A stretch of 64,000 nucleotides of DNA. It comes from Trichoplax adhaerens. Its lineage: Eukaryota > Animalia > Placozoa. The DNA lies in assembly GCF_000150275.1 (NCBI RefSeq), contig NW_002060962.1, positions 1-64,000 on the forward strand, given 5' to 3'. Under the pieces are notes generated by a model that searched no databases, was not told the DNA's origin, and was given only the letters and a program-made list of their open reading frames with translations. The translations under genes were made by a program, and so were the position numbers. Position 1 is the stretch's first letter. The number at the start of each line of letters is the position of its first letter. Below, piece by piece: positions 11,829-25,323 of this stretch.

Positions 11829-14113
11829 ATGGAGAGAGTAGTTTGGTTTTTATTATATCTAGTCTTTGCAAGTGTATACGCTTATTCGTCGTATTCTTCT
11901 CGTGCATTTATGGCGGATCTGCCTATCGCTAAAGGATATGGTGGCTTGTACAAATTTTTAACTTCATGGAATTTGGTAGGTTGTGCATCAATGCAATACA
12001 GGACAGTATAGCCTATCTTGGCAATAGATTATATAGTGGAAATGCGTTTGTAAATTACTCGACTGTACTGTATAAACAGTTCAAGAAACAACCTCATTAT
12101 GCCTGCATGCCTGGGGTGCTAGTGCTACGTAGGCTCTATTACAATTTCATTGATGATGGATTGTTGTTATTTTTACGGCCACATGCACTGATGGAAGACA
12201 ACCAATACCATCAAGGAGTTGATTTGTATGGAGATAGACTAATATTTTGATTGACACCAAATGATAGGAGATAAAGATTAGATTAGCATCGAGTTTAAAA
12301 TGATCTTGATCTATTTTTGATACGTTGCTAAAAGCTAGAATGAGCTGCAATATCGAGTATAGGATATGCGGATATCAATTGACTTCGATTACAAATGACA
12401 ATGCGTAGTCATCATTCATAACTGGATTGACGTACTATTGCACTTTCTATTCACCTCTGTCAATTTTCCTGTAGTAGTATTTGCAATTACTGTATCTGAT
12501 ACTATGACAGTTGAAACCAAACAGGGTAAAAATCCTATTATATCAAATTCACTGTCCAATATTAACATATGCGATTATGGACGATTATTATCCACGTTAG
12601 ATGCATCGTTGTCTTACAAGTAAGGTACAGAATGATTCATTCGCTTGTAATTAATACCAACCTAAGGTAACGCACTCAGAGTTCGATAATACATTGAAAT
12701 GGTACAGTAAATTTAAGATAGAAGATAATGGCTTGATTGCATTCTGTCGTAATCAGGATCAAAGGACAACGTCAATTATTATTAAATTATGGCAACAAGT
12801 CATTAGGATAATAATAATAAAATGGCACCTTGCTAGAGGAGTATTTGCATTCTTGCAAACTTCTAACTTTATAATTATTCCATTGTATGTCTAAGCATAT
12901 TCTTTTCTTCTTTAGCATTTACAAACACTGTATTACTATTATGCCCTGCTGGCTACTATGTACGTGCTCATCAGTAAAGCTGAAAGAAGTATTTTATTAA
13001 CAATAAGAGATTATATATTTGGTGCTCTGGTTTTTCCGATTGGCATGGTAATTTCTTTTAAATACAACCAATTGTAATGCTATATACATCGTAGTTCTTG
13101 CCAATAAATAAATAGCGTATAGATTTATTAAAGTACTAAAAATTGCCTTAGTACTTTATTTCATATACGTGTATACGAAGTAATTCATGATCTGTAGTTT
13201 CACAAGTCTGGACGTAATTGAAATGCTTATTTTCTGTTATATCTTGGATAGTACGTTGGAGTGATATTTTGGGCCATGTATAACTTCGACCGTGAAGTAA
13301 TTTATCCTCGGTCATTGGATCAATATGTTCCAGTGGTGATCAATCATGTCTGGGTAAAATAATCGACACAAATACTGAGATTTTAATGTTACAGTTACAG
13401 TATTAATGTTCGATTATATCGTATGTGATATAGTGACATTCTTAACGCTACATACCTTTCAACCTGTGAGATTTCTTAGAAAATAAATGTATTCGACTTT
13501 GCTTAGTGTTTGGCGTTAGTATAGATTAGTAGTTTTATTTTATTTTCGATACATGTGAGTAAAGTGTGATAGATCAATTGTGATACTTATTGAGTTTATT
13601 TGCTTACATATAGCATACTGCTGTGTTAGTATTCCCTATAATTGAATCACTGCTTGTAAGACATGACAAGTTTCCAAGTCGTTCAAAAGGTTATGTAGGA
13701 TTATTCATATTCAAGCTATTTTATTTGATATGGTGAGTATGCCTTTTGCTACTATTGCGCAACGTATAGATGTAGTTATAAATAGAACGTCTTATGTTGG
13801 ATAGGGTTTTCTATATTGGATTATATCATAATCTATGGATATATCCGTTTATGCGAGTGATGAACAACACTCAATTTACAATATTTATACTGGTGTCAAT
13901 TATTATCGATGCTGCTTGTTTCGAGGTTGGATACCGTCTAAATAGGGTAAAGAATCCTGGCAATGAAGGTAGGACTCGTTACTGCAGTACTAGTAGACAT
14001 CAAGTGTCATGAGCGTCTTATAGTTATAAAGTTAAAATTGTGTCCGTTAACAGTATAATTTATCATCTTCATAAATAACAGGATCCACTGCAGAAAAGGT
14101 TAAGGGACAATAA
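11829..14113 (+). CDS. AIG1/ADTRP (FAR-17a) family membrane threonine hydrolase, gene A (exon 1c plus shared body)
   Basis: Exons 11829-11975 (GGLYKFLTSWNL), 12916-13047 (HLQTLYY...RDYIFGALVFPIGM), 13252-13353 (FWAMYNFDREVIYP...INHVW), 13614-13732 (HTAV...), 13805-13968 (WIYPFM), 14082-14113 (STAEKVKGQ*). All introns are GT-AG and in frame. Confidence 0.93.
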
Positions 14114-15223
14114 CACCTTGCGATCAAGTACGATTTAGCATCCGGTATTGGCCGCAAGAATGATCCATTCTCACCCATTGAGCATATGACTATGTTAAAT
14201 TATATGTAATTGATGATGACAGTGACTGTGTTAATAGATAATTTTATAATAAAAGTTAACTAAATTTACTATAAAGGCAATGAACAAATTGTTTTATTAC
14301 ATGAATATTCTGAAAGTTTCAAACTTATTATCGCCATGTATTATTTAGATGCATTTTATCAAACTTACTATTGTCAGGTCCATTCTTGATTGAATTTTGT
14401 CAAATCGCCATTATATCCATTTGTTCAGTGTACGTAGAATAGCTAGGCTCTTGCTTATTTAGATTATTCCATCATGACAATTACGTCATGTGTCAAGAGT
14501 AGGTCAGTACGTACAAAAACATTCAAGGCTATTTCTTAACCAACAACATAATTCGTATTTATTGGATACATTCTTGTAATAACCTTGATAGTGGAATAGG
14601 TCAATTTGTAATGCCAGCGCTTTCAATTCTACGATGGGATGATTGACATCATCAGCGAATCGTGTAATTATAGCATTTTAGACAGGTACATTTGTCATGG
14701 CTTTTTGATAAAGTTTCGCTATGCATAATATTCATGGGCTTGTAAACGTTTATCATGTACGCATAAATTAATAAAATCAGTAAAAATAAACCTAGGTGTA
14801 CGCGAATTATGAACGTATATGAAAGCCACAATTTCCGTGCTTATTAGTGGGAAATATTTACTAGGAGTAATTTCATCCCTCATCATTGTCGGAATTCTGA
14901 ATGTCTGTATGTCCGTATTTAGTTTCTACAATAGACAGCCATTAGAGTAACGATTGGACAGCTGTAGAGTGTTTGTAAGCTAGTGAGTAAAGGGTTAGAA
15001 AACGTAGCTCTACTTTTACATCTCCAACTTCTGCAAGTAGTACTAAGCATTTTATAAGTTGTTGTCGACTTTATTGAATAAATCGACACTCCAATTCTAC
15101 ATTATAGGCAAACTAATTTACTTATCATTTATTTGTAGGGAATAAGCAGTTGTTATAGCCTCAAATATTCGTCTTGTACGCACATTTATTCACCTATCTT
15201 ACTACATAAATCAAATTGAAACG

Positions 15224-17310
15224 ATGGCAAACCCTAACTCTCAATCGCCACTGTTATTTCATCTGATTTGTTTCACTCTATATTTTGGTGCTTTATTGTA
15301 TGATATGCTATTTCTTCCTACCTTTGGACTCCGAAAGATTTATGGGCACAGGTGGAAATTTTTAACAATTTGGTGTTTGGTAAGGTTACATTAAATTTTT
15401 GATGTATATAGGTACTTTTAAACTGTATCATAATAACGTGTAACATTTCGACAGCATAAGAACGATTAAAGTTTGCTAGTGTGATATTATGGTTATAATG
15501 AAAATAAACTGCATTATCTGCATTGCTCGCCATAACGAGTCGCTGCATTATCGTACGTCGTATTTTTGGATGTATTTTTGACGATATGATATAATGAGTC
15601 GATGCAAGAGTCACGCTTTATCCTGGAAGAAGCTGATGATCTCCATTAGTACCTCAATCAATTCAATCAAAAGCAGATTACTGTTCAGTATTTTTGTATA
15701 TTGTTGCAAACATAGGATTACATGTTGTACATCAATTAAAATTTTAATTGCATAAGCAGAATCTATTGTTACTTAAGAAACGCTTCAATATTCTCCACTA
15801 CGATAAGTCGAATGTAAAATCTGTCATTTTTGGTAGCAGGGAAAGTAATTTTTATCCTGCACTGCTTCTAAATTAGGTAGAATAATCCTGATTGCCGTTA
15901 CTACGCTAAAATTGAGCACTTTATTGTTTCTAGTTGATCCAAATACTGTATAACTTCATCGCTGTCCTGTCCGCTGTCACCCCAATATTGACGAACAGGG
16001 TGAAATCCTTGAAAGACTTTTTATTTGCTTCACTGGCATTCCCTTTCGGAATGGTAAGTGTGACTTATTTTAAGTCTTAATTTATAATTGCTTTTATCAC
16101 ATTTTGTGTAGCTATTTACGTAGACTACTAGATATGCTTTCGGTAGATACAATCTTTATGAGTATATGCATTAGCAAATCTTATCTGAAAATCAGAATAT
16201 AAGAATAGCTACGATCATGATATTTGTATCTATAATCTCTCCTTTATATCATCAAAGCTCGGATTATGTAGAAAGAGTTGTACGATTATCATTGCTACAT
16301 GTTGTAGGATTACAGTATACAGACTCCAGAAATTTTAGCTGTTACGTACGTTTCTCAAACAGTTATAAGATATTCTACGGTATGCATAGGAGCTGGTGAT
16401 GGAATTATGATAAACACCATAAATAAAAATGAAATATAAAATATGTGTAGTCATCTACTTTAATCATCTACTAGCAGAAAATTGCAACTAAGAAGCTTTT
16501 AAATAATTGCAATTCTAGCTCGTTTCGTCCATGTTTTGGATATTATACTGCTTGGAACCAGACTTCGTTTATCCTTTGGCTGAGAGAAAAATTGTCCCTG
16601 TAGCGTTGAATCATATTTGGGTAAGAATAATTTGAGTGTACTCTGTAATCATTCGTATATAAGATATACCTCTGATACTCGAAAAATATCCATACAATTT
16701 CACTAATGAATATTTTATATTTAATAGCATACCTTAGTATTTATTAGTCCTATGCTCGATGTACTACTTTATGAGCATAAATATCCTTCAAGGATCTATG
16801 GGCACTTTTGCTTAGCAACTTTTGCATTACTCTATATTGGATGGTGAGCAATTATCAAATGTGATATAGGTTTTTATAACCTCAATGCATTTTAAATGAT
16901 GCCATTATTCAATAGTCTAAGGTTTTAACATCAGCTTTTATATTTTATATTTACAGCATCTTTTGGATAGCTCATGTTGCTAAAGTATGGATATACGGAG
17001 TATTAGAGACTATGTCTGCGCCAATGGTCGTTGTTTTCTGTTTAGTGCTCGTTTTAGTAACGATTCTATTATATGAATTTGGATACTGGCTGGAACGAAG
17101 GAAGAAACGGGTATTGGTAGTCTTTACGACATGTCATCAGTATTAATAATACAATTAATGTAGATACCTATGGTTAAGTAGTTTTTCATAGCAAAATATA
17201 GCGAAAATTATTGGTCATTTTCGAGTAATTGAGCATCGTCATCACTACAAATTATATGATCTTGAATAGTTTTATTTTTTATATGATTACAGACGCTAAA
17301 GTTAAATTAG
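15224..17310 (+). CDS. AIG1/ADTRP family gene B
   Basis: Exons 15224-15379 (YGHRWKFLTIWCL), 15934-16053 (KDFLFASLAFPFGM), 16519-16620 (FWILY...LNHIW), 16728-16843 (HTLV...HKYP), 16957 to about 17110 (WIYGVL), and a probable last exon 17293-17310 (TLKLN*). The C-terminus is uncertain. Confidence 0.92.
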
Positions 17311-18517
17311 TTAGCAAATGTTTCTTAAGAAAAACTTATGGTCTATGATGGATTGTAAAGACACTCAGGAATGAAGTTTACAGAGAATCGCTTTGATAAC
17401 GTTGAATACTTCAAAAATTTGAGATTTTAGTCCTAAAGTGATAGTAATTCAAATCGATTAGATCGTTTCAGGCATCCCCTGCGAATCTAATATACTAACC
17501 GTCTGCAACTTCTGACTCGCAAACAAACTTTAAATTTATCAGGAAGAGGCTACTGAGTTTGAGCCTCAAGAGTCAAGATATGATTTAATTTGTTATTGAA
17601 TTAACTAGATATTTCAGTTTTAAAGAAACTAGGATCCTAAGACATTGAACATGATTAAGTTCAAATCTTTGGTACTAATAAAATAATCTATCGTCGTTTA
17701 CTATTGATAATTAATTATCATCAAAGAATATCCAGCTAGTGTATTCATACTGAATGCTGTCTTTAGGTTCCTATTCCAGATATCCATCTATTTGCTCAAA
17801 TATATTATTGGGAGAAAAAATAGTATTCTGCATTTTGTTTTACGAAATTTAAGATCAGATAATTTTGTATATCCTTTACGTAACGTATAGCAAGTTATTT
17901 ATTGTATAGTATAGTTATCTCAGTGTGTTGGTTACTCTTCAGTATTTTATGATATAATATGGTTGAAGTTAAATTAAATATTAACTACAAAAATAAAGGT
18001 GAAATAACATTTATTAAAATTAACATTAAATTTCTGTTTAAATTTTTGAGGCAGTGAATGATTTATGACAGCAAACATGAATGAACGTGATTAGATCTAG
18101 TCACTGCGGTATTTTACTAATCTGTCAATTGGAATCACAACGACAGCATATCAATTATTACATAGCATTATCTTAATACCACAGTGCATGTACGATATTT
18201 CTGCAAAGTAACACACTCTGAGAGTATAATTTCGATATTTATAGCACTAAGTTTTAACATCGTGCACGGTGGTAATTTATACTACCTCATTTATAGTAAC
18301 ACACTTGCAAATCTGACGGTTTACAAAATGTCTGGTATCTATTTACATACTTTATAACCTTCCACTATAAGTGCTGTAGATTCGCTTTTTACAACATTAG
18401 ATCAAAATATTACAACTATAATTAGTGAAACCATGCTAGTTTTTAACATTTTAACATTAACAATACGTGCAACAGTAGACTCAACGTATTACGTTTTGTT
18501 AGCCTCTGCTACTATGT

Positions 18518-18933
18518 TGTCACAACGTCGTTTGCAACAATCGGATTCCCGTTCCACACTTATCCTACTCTCCTCTGTCCTACCGTAAAACTGCCACCAG
18601 GCGTCACTACTCGCTCTACTTCAGCGAAGGACCTCAGTCAACAGTAAAGGCGGACTAGAAGCGTCTGGATAAATTTACTAAACTAACTTTATTAGGTCTC
18701 CGTATTTTCCTCCTCTCTAGCGAGGTAAATTACAACCTCTTATATACTTGTATCAAATCTACACCTTTTCCACCTGTTAATTATTCTTATGCATAACTTA
18801 GTCTTTTCTATAACTTTGTAATCCTATTAATTAGTATCGAAAAAATATGTGATAATTGATATTATTATGCACTAATAATATTATAGCGCCAATTAACAAT
18901 TTAAGATCTAACAGATTCCCTACAAGTGTGACA
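18518..18933 (-). mobile_element. Possible solo LTR or small inverted-repeat element
   Basis: TGTCACA...TGTGACA termini (inverted repeat extends to 9 bp), 416 bp long, partly GC-richer interior; on the minus strand TATATAA (18746-18740) precedes AATAAA (18693-18688). No target-site duplication is visible. Confidence 0.35.
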
Positions 18934-20802
18934 ACCGCCATTTTGGTTATTACACGTCATTGGCATATTAAGTATCTTACTTCTACACATTTGTTAATGG
19001 AAGTCCATTAACGATTGAATCTCACAATATTAATAGATCATAATATTTATGATTATCTAATCGTAACCGTCTATTTCTTCTTCAATAACATTATCACATA
19101 ATATCTTAAACCGTAACATATGTACAAAAGCAATTTGGATATGGCCAAGTTAGGACTTAATTGGATAACATAGCATACATGTGATCATATGCTTAGCTTA
19201 TGAAAGTAATTTAGCTGATTTGGCTTTCTTTTTGTACGATAAATTAGACATACATAAGCATTCATTATTAATGATTAAAATAGTCCATATTCAAATACCA
19301 CTATGTAGTGGAATAATGGTTACTGAACATTTTTACGTCAAAAGACAAGATTAGACGATCAGAAATCTACTAGATGTTAGAGTATTAAACTTATGTAGGT
19401 AATAAATCGCTGTATAATTAATTTAGAATAATAATTATAGCTCAAAGAATATATGCTCTTATATTTACAAAAATTCATTACAGTATTAGTTACCGCTTCC
19501 TACCTCCATGCTGTGATGAATGCCTAATAGAATCAACATACTATAGCACATAGTCGACGTTTTAATGCGCACAGCAATAAGCTAACTGTAGCACCCCAAT
19601 TATAAACTAATTGCCTGGGTGCAAATTCATAGGTAGCACATTTTGTTCATTTTATCCCAAGTAATTGTAAACTGTCTAACAATTTGAGTATACGTATACT
19701 ATTGGTAAGGGTAATTTCTCATAACGTACAAGTAACAGTAAAATTAGTAAGGATACTCGCGTATAGTAGCTTACGGATAGACATCTATACCCGTATGGTA
19801 TCACGAGATTCAAACAATATAATGATCCATGCGAAAATATGTGAGAAAATTATTGGGGCATGGAGAAGTCTATGATTGGATATCATGAATAAAATCACAC
19901 CATAGCTGCTATAGCTTAAAAAAAGTGATCTATTACTTATTAATTAATAATCTAAAAGTATGCATTATAATTATTAAAGTTTGTAAGAATGTATTGTATA
20001 TATGCCATACGCAGGAAAATAAAACTGTAAACTTTACTAAATTATATTTACAAAACATGATTTGCTTTCAGTTAATGCTGACAATGTTAGAAAATTTATA
20101 AAGCTAACGATAGGTTAAAACATATCTATTCTACCAAATATTTTTATGGTAATAAAGTAGCTAGATTGATTCGTTGCTGTAAATACTAGATGTAAGTGGG
20201 GCTATCGACACTATGTAATTAAACTAAATTAATACTGTAGCCTCGAGTTCGTAGAGGCTATTATCGCGATGGACTATGGATCAAAGTACATATTTACTGC
20301 ACTAATAATATTTACTGTTGCATCATGTGTATGATTTAATGTTATTATACTATTCATAAGGGCAAACTTTGAATAACACAGCTATTGAATGAAATGATAA
20401 GCAACATAGTAGGCTAATTAAATATTTAATAACCACGAGTAAAAACAGATAGCTTAATCATTAATAATAATAGTTAACCTTTCTCGGTCAAATGAGGGTT
20501 GTAGGGTGTGATGCTTGCATATTATATTTTATTATACAGTTAAAGGCGGTTAATTATAATATATGCATACATTTGTATTATTTACAGACTGCAGAGTAGC
20601 GAATATCTATTTATTATTGGTAATAACTTTGATACGAAACCTTAAATACTATTAAATATCTTACTTATGGTACAAAAAATAATATCTATTGGCGGTATTA
20701 CCAAAGTATATACTGTTGAAGATCTTTTCTATCGTCTAGGACGACGAACGAAACATTTTTTCCTTAATCGATAATCAATATTAGGAGGCTACTAAACCAG
20801 AA

Positions 20803-22524
20803 ATGAGTCTATTATCATTATCCTTCCACTCAACTTTATTGTTCCTGTATACTTATGCAACATGGTACGATCTCAACTTTATACCCCTATTAGGAGTTAA
20901 GAAAATGTATGCAGGCAGATGGAAATACTTGACTCAATGGTGCATGGTAATAAAGTTAGCTTCTCTTTATAAACTAAGTAAATGGACGCAATCCATTCGA
21001 TTACATGCGTAGTAATTTGATTTAAACTGATCAGAGAAGGATGATCTACCTTAACAATAATTCTTTAAATATGATGACGTTTCGGCATTAAAATATAATT
21101 TTTTAATATCGATTTAAGATCTAACTTGGATAAAAGTGCAACTTGTCTAGGCTGTAGCTTATTTGGTCTAAAACTTCTTGATTATCATATTGTAGGTCAT
21201 ACAACTAAACTATCAAGCTCTCTGCGTTATAAGTTATCTCTATTCGAACAGCAAGAATATTACTAAATTCAAGAAAATAAGAGAGTATGTATTTTCTGTT
21301 CTGGCTTTCCCTGTCAGCATTGTAAGTCAATGGCATTTTATTACTACTTGAGAGCTGAAAGAATAAGGTTTTACTACTATCTTAATTGATTGTCAATTTA
21401 CTACAATGACCTAACTGGATAGTTAGCATACTAGGCAACAGCATAAGCTAGGGTATTCAAGCAGTAGCACATTATAACTTAAAAGTAGTGGTTAAGAGTC
21501 CAAGTGTTGATAGCTTCGTACCAATAGATCTGCTTTTACATGATGCTTAAAAAAATAGTTTTAAGGCTCCATCAAATCAGAAGGTGAAAAGTTATTAACT
21601 TCGATACTTTAGATTTAGTTATGATCAACCTATCTGTATCCATTTCAGTATAATATAAAAGTACCTTGAGCTTAATACTTTAACTTAATTTTTTCAACGC
21701 TATTTTTAACACAGATCATATTATAGCTCTACAAACATACATTTACACGTATATATTATAATCGATTGATTGTAGAGGTAAATATATGACAGTACTGAAC
21801 TATTATTGTACTCGAATATGTAGCTATTGCATTCTCTTATAGAGTATTTTAAAGCTGCTGATAATTCATATTAGCAAATTATATGTTAAAAATTTAATTT
21901 GCTCTGTGACTTATTTTGTAGATAGTGACTGCTACCTTTTGGATTTTATATATAAAAAACCCGAATAACGTCCGAGAAAAAATGTACGAAAATATTATAC
22001 CACCTCACATTAATCATTTATTTGTAAGTATGAATGATTATAGTAGATAAAATTATTTTATTTTCTGTTACCCTTGCATTAATTACGCATAATATTTCAT
22101 AATTGTTAGCATACCGTCATCGCTATTGCCAATATTCTCGATTTATTAATGCACCACCACGATTATCCTGTAAGAAGAAACAGCTATGTTGGGATGGCTT
22201 TGTTTTCGCTATCATTTATAACCTGGTTAGTGCTGAAGACTTTAGTCGTAATAATATATATATCTATACGAGTATGATATCTACTTGGTGTCATCTACAA
22301 ATCACAATACAATATATACATCTACTATCTATTTCTGTAGGACAATATGGATCAAATATAGAGCTAATATTTGGGCCTATAAAATATTGCATAAGATCCC
22401 GACACCAATTTTACCAGCTTTCTTTATGAGCTTTCTTTTTATGCATTTCGGGCTCTACGAACTTGAATTATGGGTAAAATCAAAGCAGACAGCAACTAAT
22501 AAGCTGAAAAATAAAATGAACTAG
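20803..22524 (+). CDS. AIG1/ADTRP family gene C
   Basis: Exons 20803-20946 (YAGRWKYLTQWCM), 21196-21321 (REYVFSVLAFPVSI), 21922-22023 (FWILY...INHLF), 22110-22225 (HTVI...HDYP), 22341-22524 (WAYKIL...KNKMN*). The first four intron phases match genes A and B. Confidence 0.93.
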
Positions 22525-22689
22525 ATTTTATTAAATATTGCAACCCGAAAGATTATAATTAACGTGAAATATCTTATCGTTCAACTTTATTACCTCACTA
22601 AAATCGGAAAGCATTTGTCAACATTTATGTAGATAATAGTGGATGCCGTTGCTTATAATCTCACTCTAGTAATTTTAGTTTAGCATAAT

Positions 22690-22945
22690 AGTTCGTAGAA
22701 TCGCTATCTAAAAGGAATCGATAATAATTTATTACATCTGTCAAATAGATTCTTATAATCTATCGAATTAGCTTAAACTAAATGGAAATGTATTGTTTAC
22801 GTAAGTTAGATAGATACTAACAGACAAGACTACTTTAATAATTTTAATTTAAAAGATTTAGTACAACGATTCGTAGATAATCATAAGGAATGTGTAGAGA
22901 ATTTATACTGTCTTTCAAATAGATTTTTGTAATCTATCGAATTAA
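22690..22945. repeat. Degenerate tandem duplication, period about 180 bp
   Basis: TTCGTAGA...AAGGAAT...TCAAATAGATT...TAATCTATCGAATTA occurs twice. Confidence 0.65.
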
Positions 22946-23066
22946 TTGCGTTATTTTTTATTATATTATTATTCCAGTCATCTAATGATTAACAATGGAT
23001 TATATTGAATGGATATGTAAGAGATGTACTAATCAAAGTTATGGACAGTCTCAGTTTAACAATGTA

Positions 23067-23314
23067 NNNNNNNNNNNNNNNNNNNNNNNNNNNNNNNNNN
23101 NNNNNNNNNNNNNNNNNNNNNNNNNNNNNNNNNNNNNNNNNNNNNNNNNNNNNNNNNNNNNNNNNNNNNNNNNNNNNNNNNNNNNNNNNNNNNNNNNNNN
23201 NNNNNNNNNNNNNNNNNNNNNNNNNNNNNNNNNNNNNNNNNNNNNNNNNNNNNNNNNNNNNNNNNNNNNNNNNNNNNNNNNNNNNNNNNNNNNNNNNNNN
23301 NNNNNNNNNNNNNN
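23067..23314. other. Assembly gap (248 N)
   Basis: Run of N. Confidence 1.
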
Positions 23315-24743
23315 GCCATAGTATTCCATCTTTTATTGCAATTCTGGATATATTAAATAATCACCATTTGAATTTTATCTCAATGGTTTTTAAAATAAAA
23401 TAACATGATCATCTATACGTTTTTAATACTGATGTGGTATTAAATTTAATAGCAAGTATTGTAAGCATGTTTGAAGTAATTTATGAGCCTCGCATCAATG
23501 ACTTTCTCGCCTATTAATAATATTTTTTTTGTATTAATTAAATTTGCTTGCAATTATAAAGTGATTTCCAAGTTTACACTTTGTTGTAATATAGAAGATC
23601 TATGATAAATTTAAGAGAGATTTAATTATTGCCGACATAGACGAGGTTGCTATTGGCAAAAATGACAACATTAATAACTGTAAATGACCATCATAAATTA
23701 AGACACAATGCAGCAGCAAAAGGAAAATCAACATCTCAGTTTTCTATATCATTTACGAAGGGAATTACTAATATATTAAGTTAATTAAATATAGAAATGT
23801 ATATAGTAACAGTAAATTAGAACTTACTGTACATAGATATTTTGTTAAAATATTATCCGATGTTATCTACCTCATATCACGATAGTTTTATCAAAATTGA
23901 TGTAACACGATTGATTACTATAATGATCAGCTTGGTCCATACAAATCAGAGATGAATAAGGCTTTAATTATAGGGTATACGATTTAGATAGATATATTTT
24001 ATAAATATTCTAGCTGATTCCATCAGTAAAGAGATAAATATACAATATAGCAATTATGGTATAATATTTTTTATAGCATATTATATCATAATCATGGCAG
24101 AAAAGCAATATAGCATTGTATATTGAAAAGATGATCTAGCATTTTCATTGAAATTAAGTTATAAAAGACGATAAACTAGTATAATTATTAATGCTTTTAA
24201 TTGTAAACAGTTACCGTATATCAATTTTATAAAATGCAAAATCTTGAAGAACAAGTTTATCAAATAGTATAACAATTGCGTCTAGTAACTCAAATTTATA
24301 ACATTTCATTACTTCAGCTCCTTCTAAATACTACAACAAGATATTCTATACAGCTATGATTTCATAATTATACATTAGCTAATTTATCAATGTACATATT
24401 TACAGGACATAAAATTTATAAAATCGATGCTATTTATAAGTCTGCTGATAGTAAATAAAGGATCTATTATTTAGTCAGAGTAACTTTATATCAGCATGAT
24501 GTATACCTGTATGCAATTAATTGATCTCGTTAAGATAGATTAATTACAGGCATATATCAAGCAGAGTAACCATAATTCGGTAATTGACATTTTCGCTTAT
24601 CGCTTTCAAAAGTTACGCATAATAGCATTAAATCGTGCTAATATTTGAACATGAATCATGTTATTATTTTCGAGTTTACCAGCATTATAATATGTTGATG
24701 AACTATATATACATGTTATAAAAGTTGTATAGTCTCTTTATAC

Positions 24744-24748
<5 letters not shown>

Positions 24749-24779
<31 letters not shown>

Positions 24780-24920
24780 CATATTAAGAGAGATAGGTAA
24801 ATCAGATAGACAAATTGATCGTTAGAGACATTGGTATTGACAAATAGATTGCTAGCGAGATAGTTATATTGGTAGATAGATAGGTAGATAAGGTAAACAG
24901 ATACACAGTTAGACAGATAA
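24749..24920. repeat. (TA)n microsatellite followed by a degenerate GATA/GACA tetranucleotide tract
   Basis: Directly visible in the sequence. Confidence 0.85.
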
Positions 24921-25323
24921 ACTCTCTTCAAATATCTTCTCCGAAGGATTTCTTGAGGAAGATAGTTTTAATCTATTCCATTTCGAGGTGCTGTCCTTAG
25001 TATTGAGCTTACGCTATGCGTATAGAATCAGGTGTTTACACAATATACGAGCATATATATATGTAAAAGATTTGATCTACTATAAAAAAGATTCGATTTT
25101 ATTCAGCATATGATTTTATTGGACCGGGTATTGAACCACGTAAAGTTATAAAGCGTTGATTAGATGTTAAATCAGCGATTTTACTTCATTGTCTAAAATG
25201 GAAAATATTGAAAAATTTTACTTTAATTTGTAGCAACAATGACAGCAAGCGAATTACTACTATAAATTATATAGTATTCAATATCTAATAGCAAATGCTA
25301 TAAAATTTAAAACACCGACATAT

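Noticed and set aside
12135-12250. Possible decayed AIG1 exon 2 (ALLQF..., TIKELI)
   Set aside because: The similarity is only a few residues across different frames with stops; too weak without an alignment.
14819-14950. 43-codon hydrophobic ORF containing GKYL between AIG1-like genes A and B
   Set aside because: It lacks the Thr, has the motif before rather than after the hydrophobic stretch, and has no matching donor. Hydrophobic short ORFs are common in AT-rich DNA.
22995-23403. ORFs spanning the N run
   Set aside because: Artefacts of the assembly gap.
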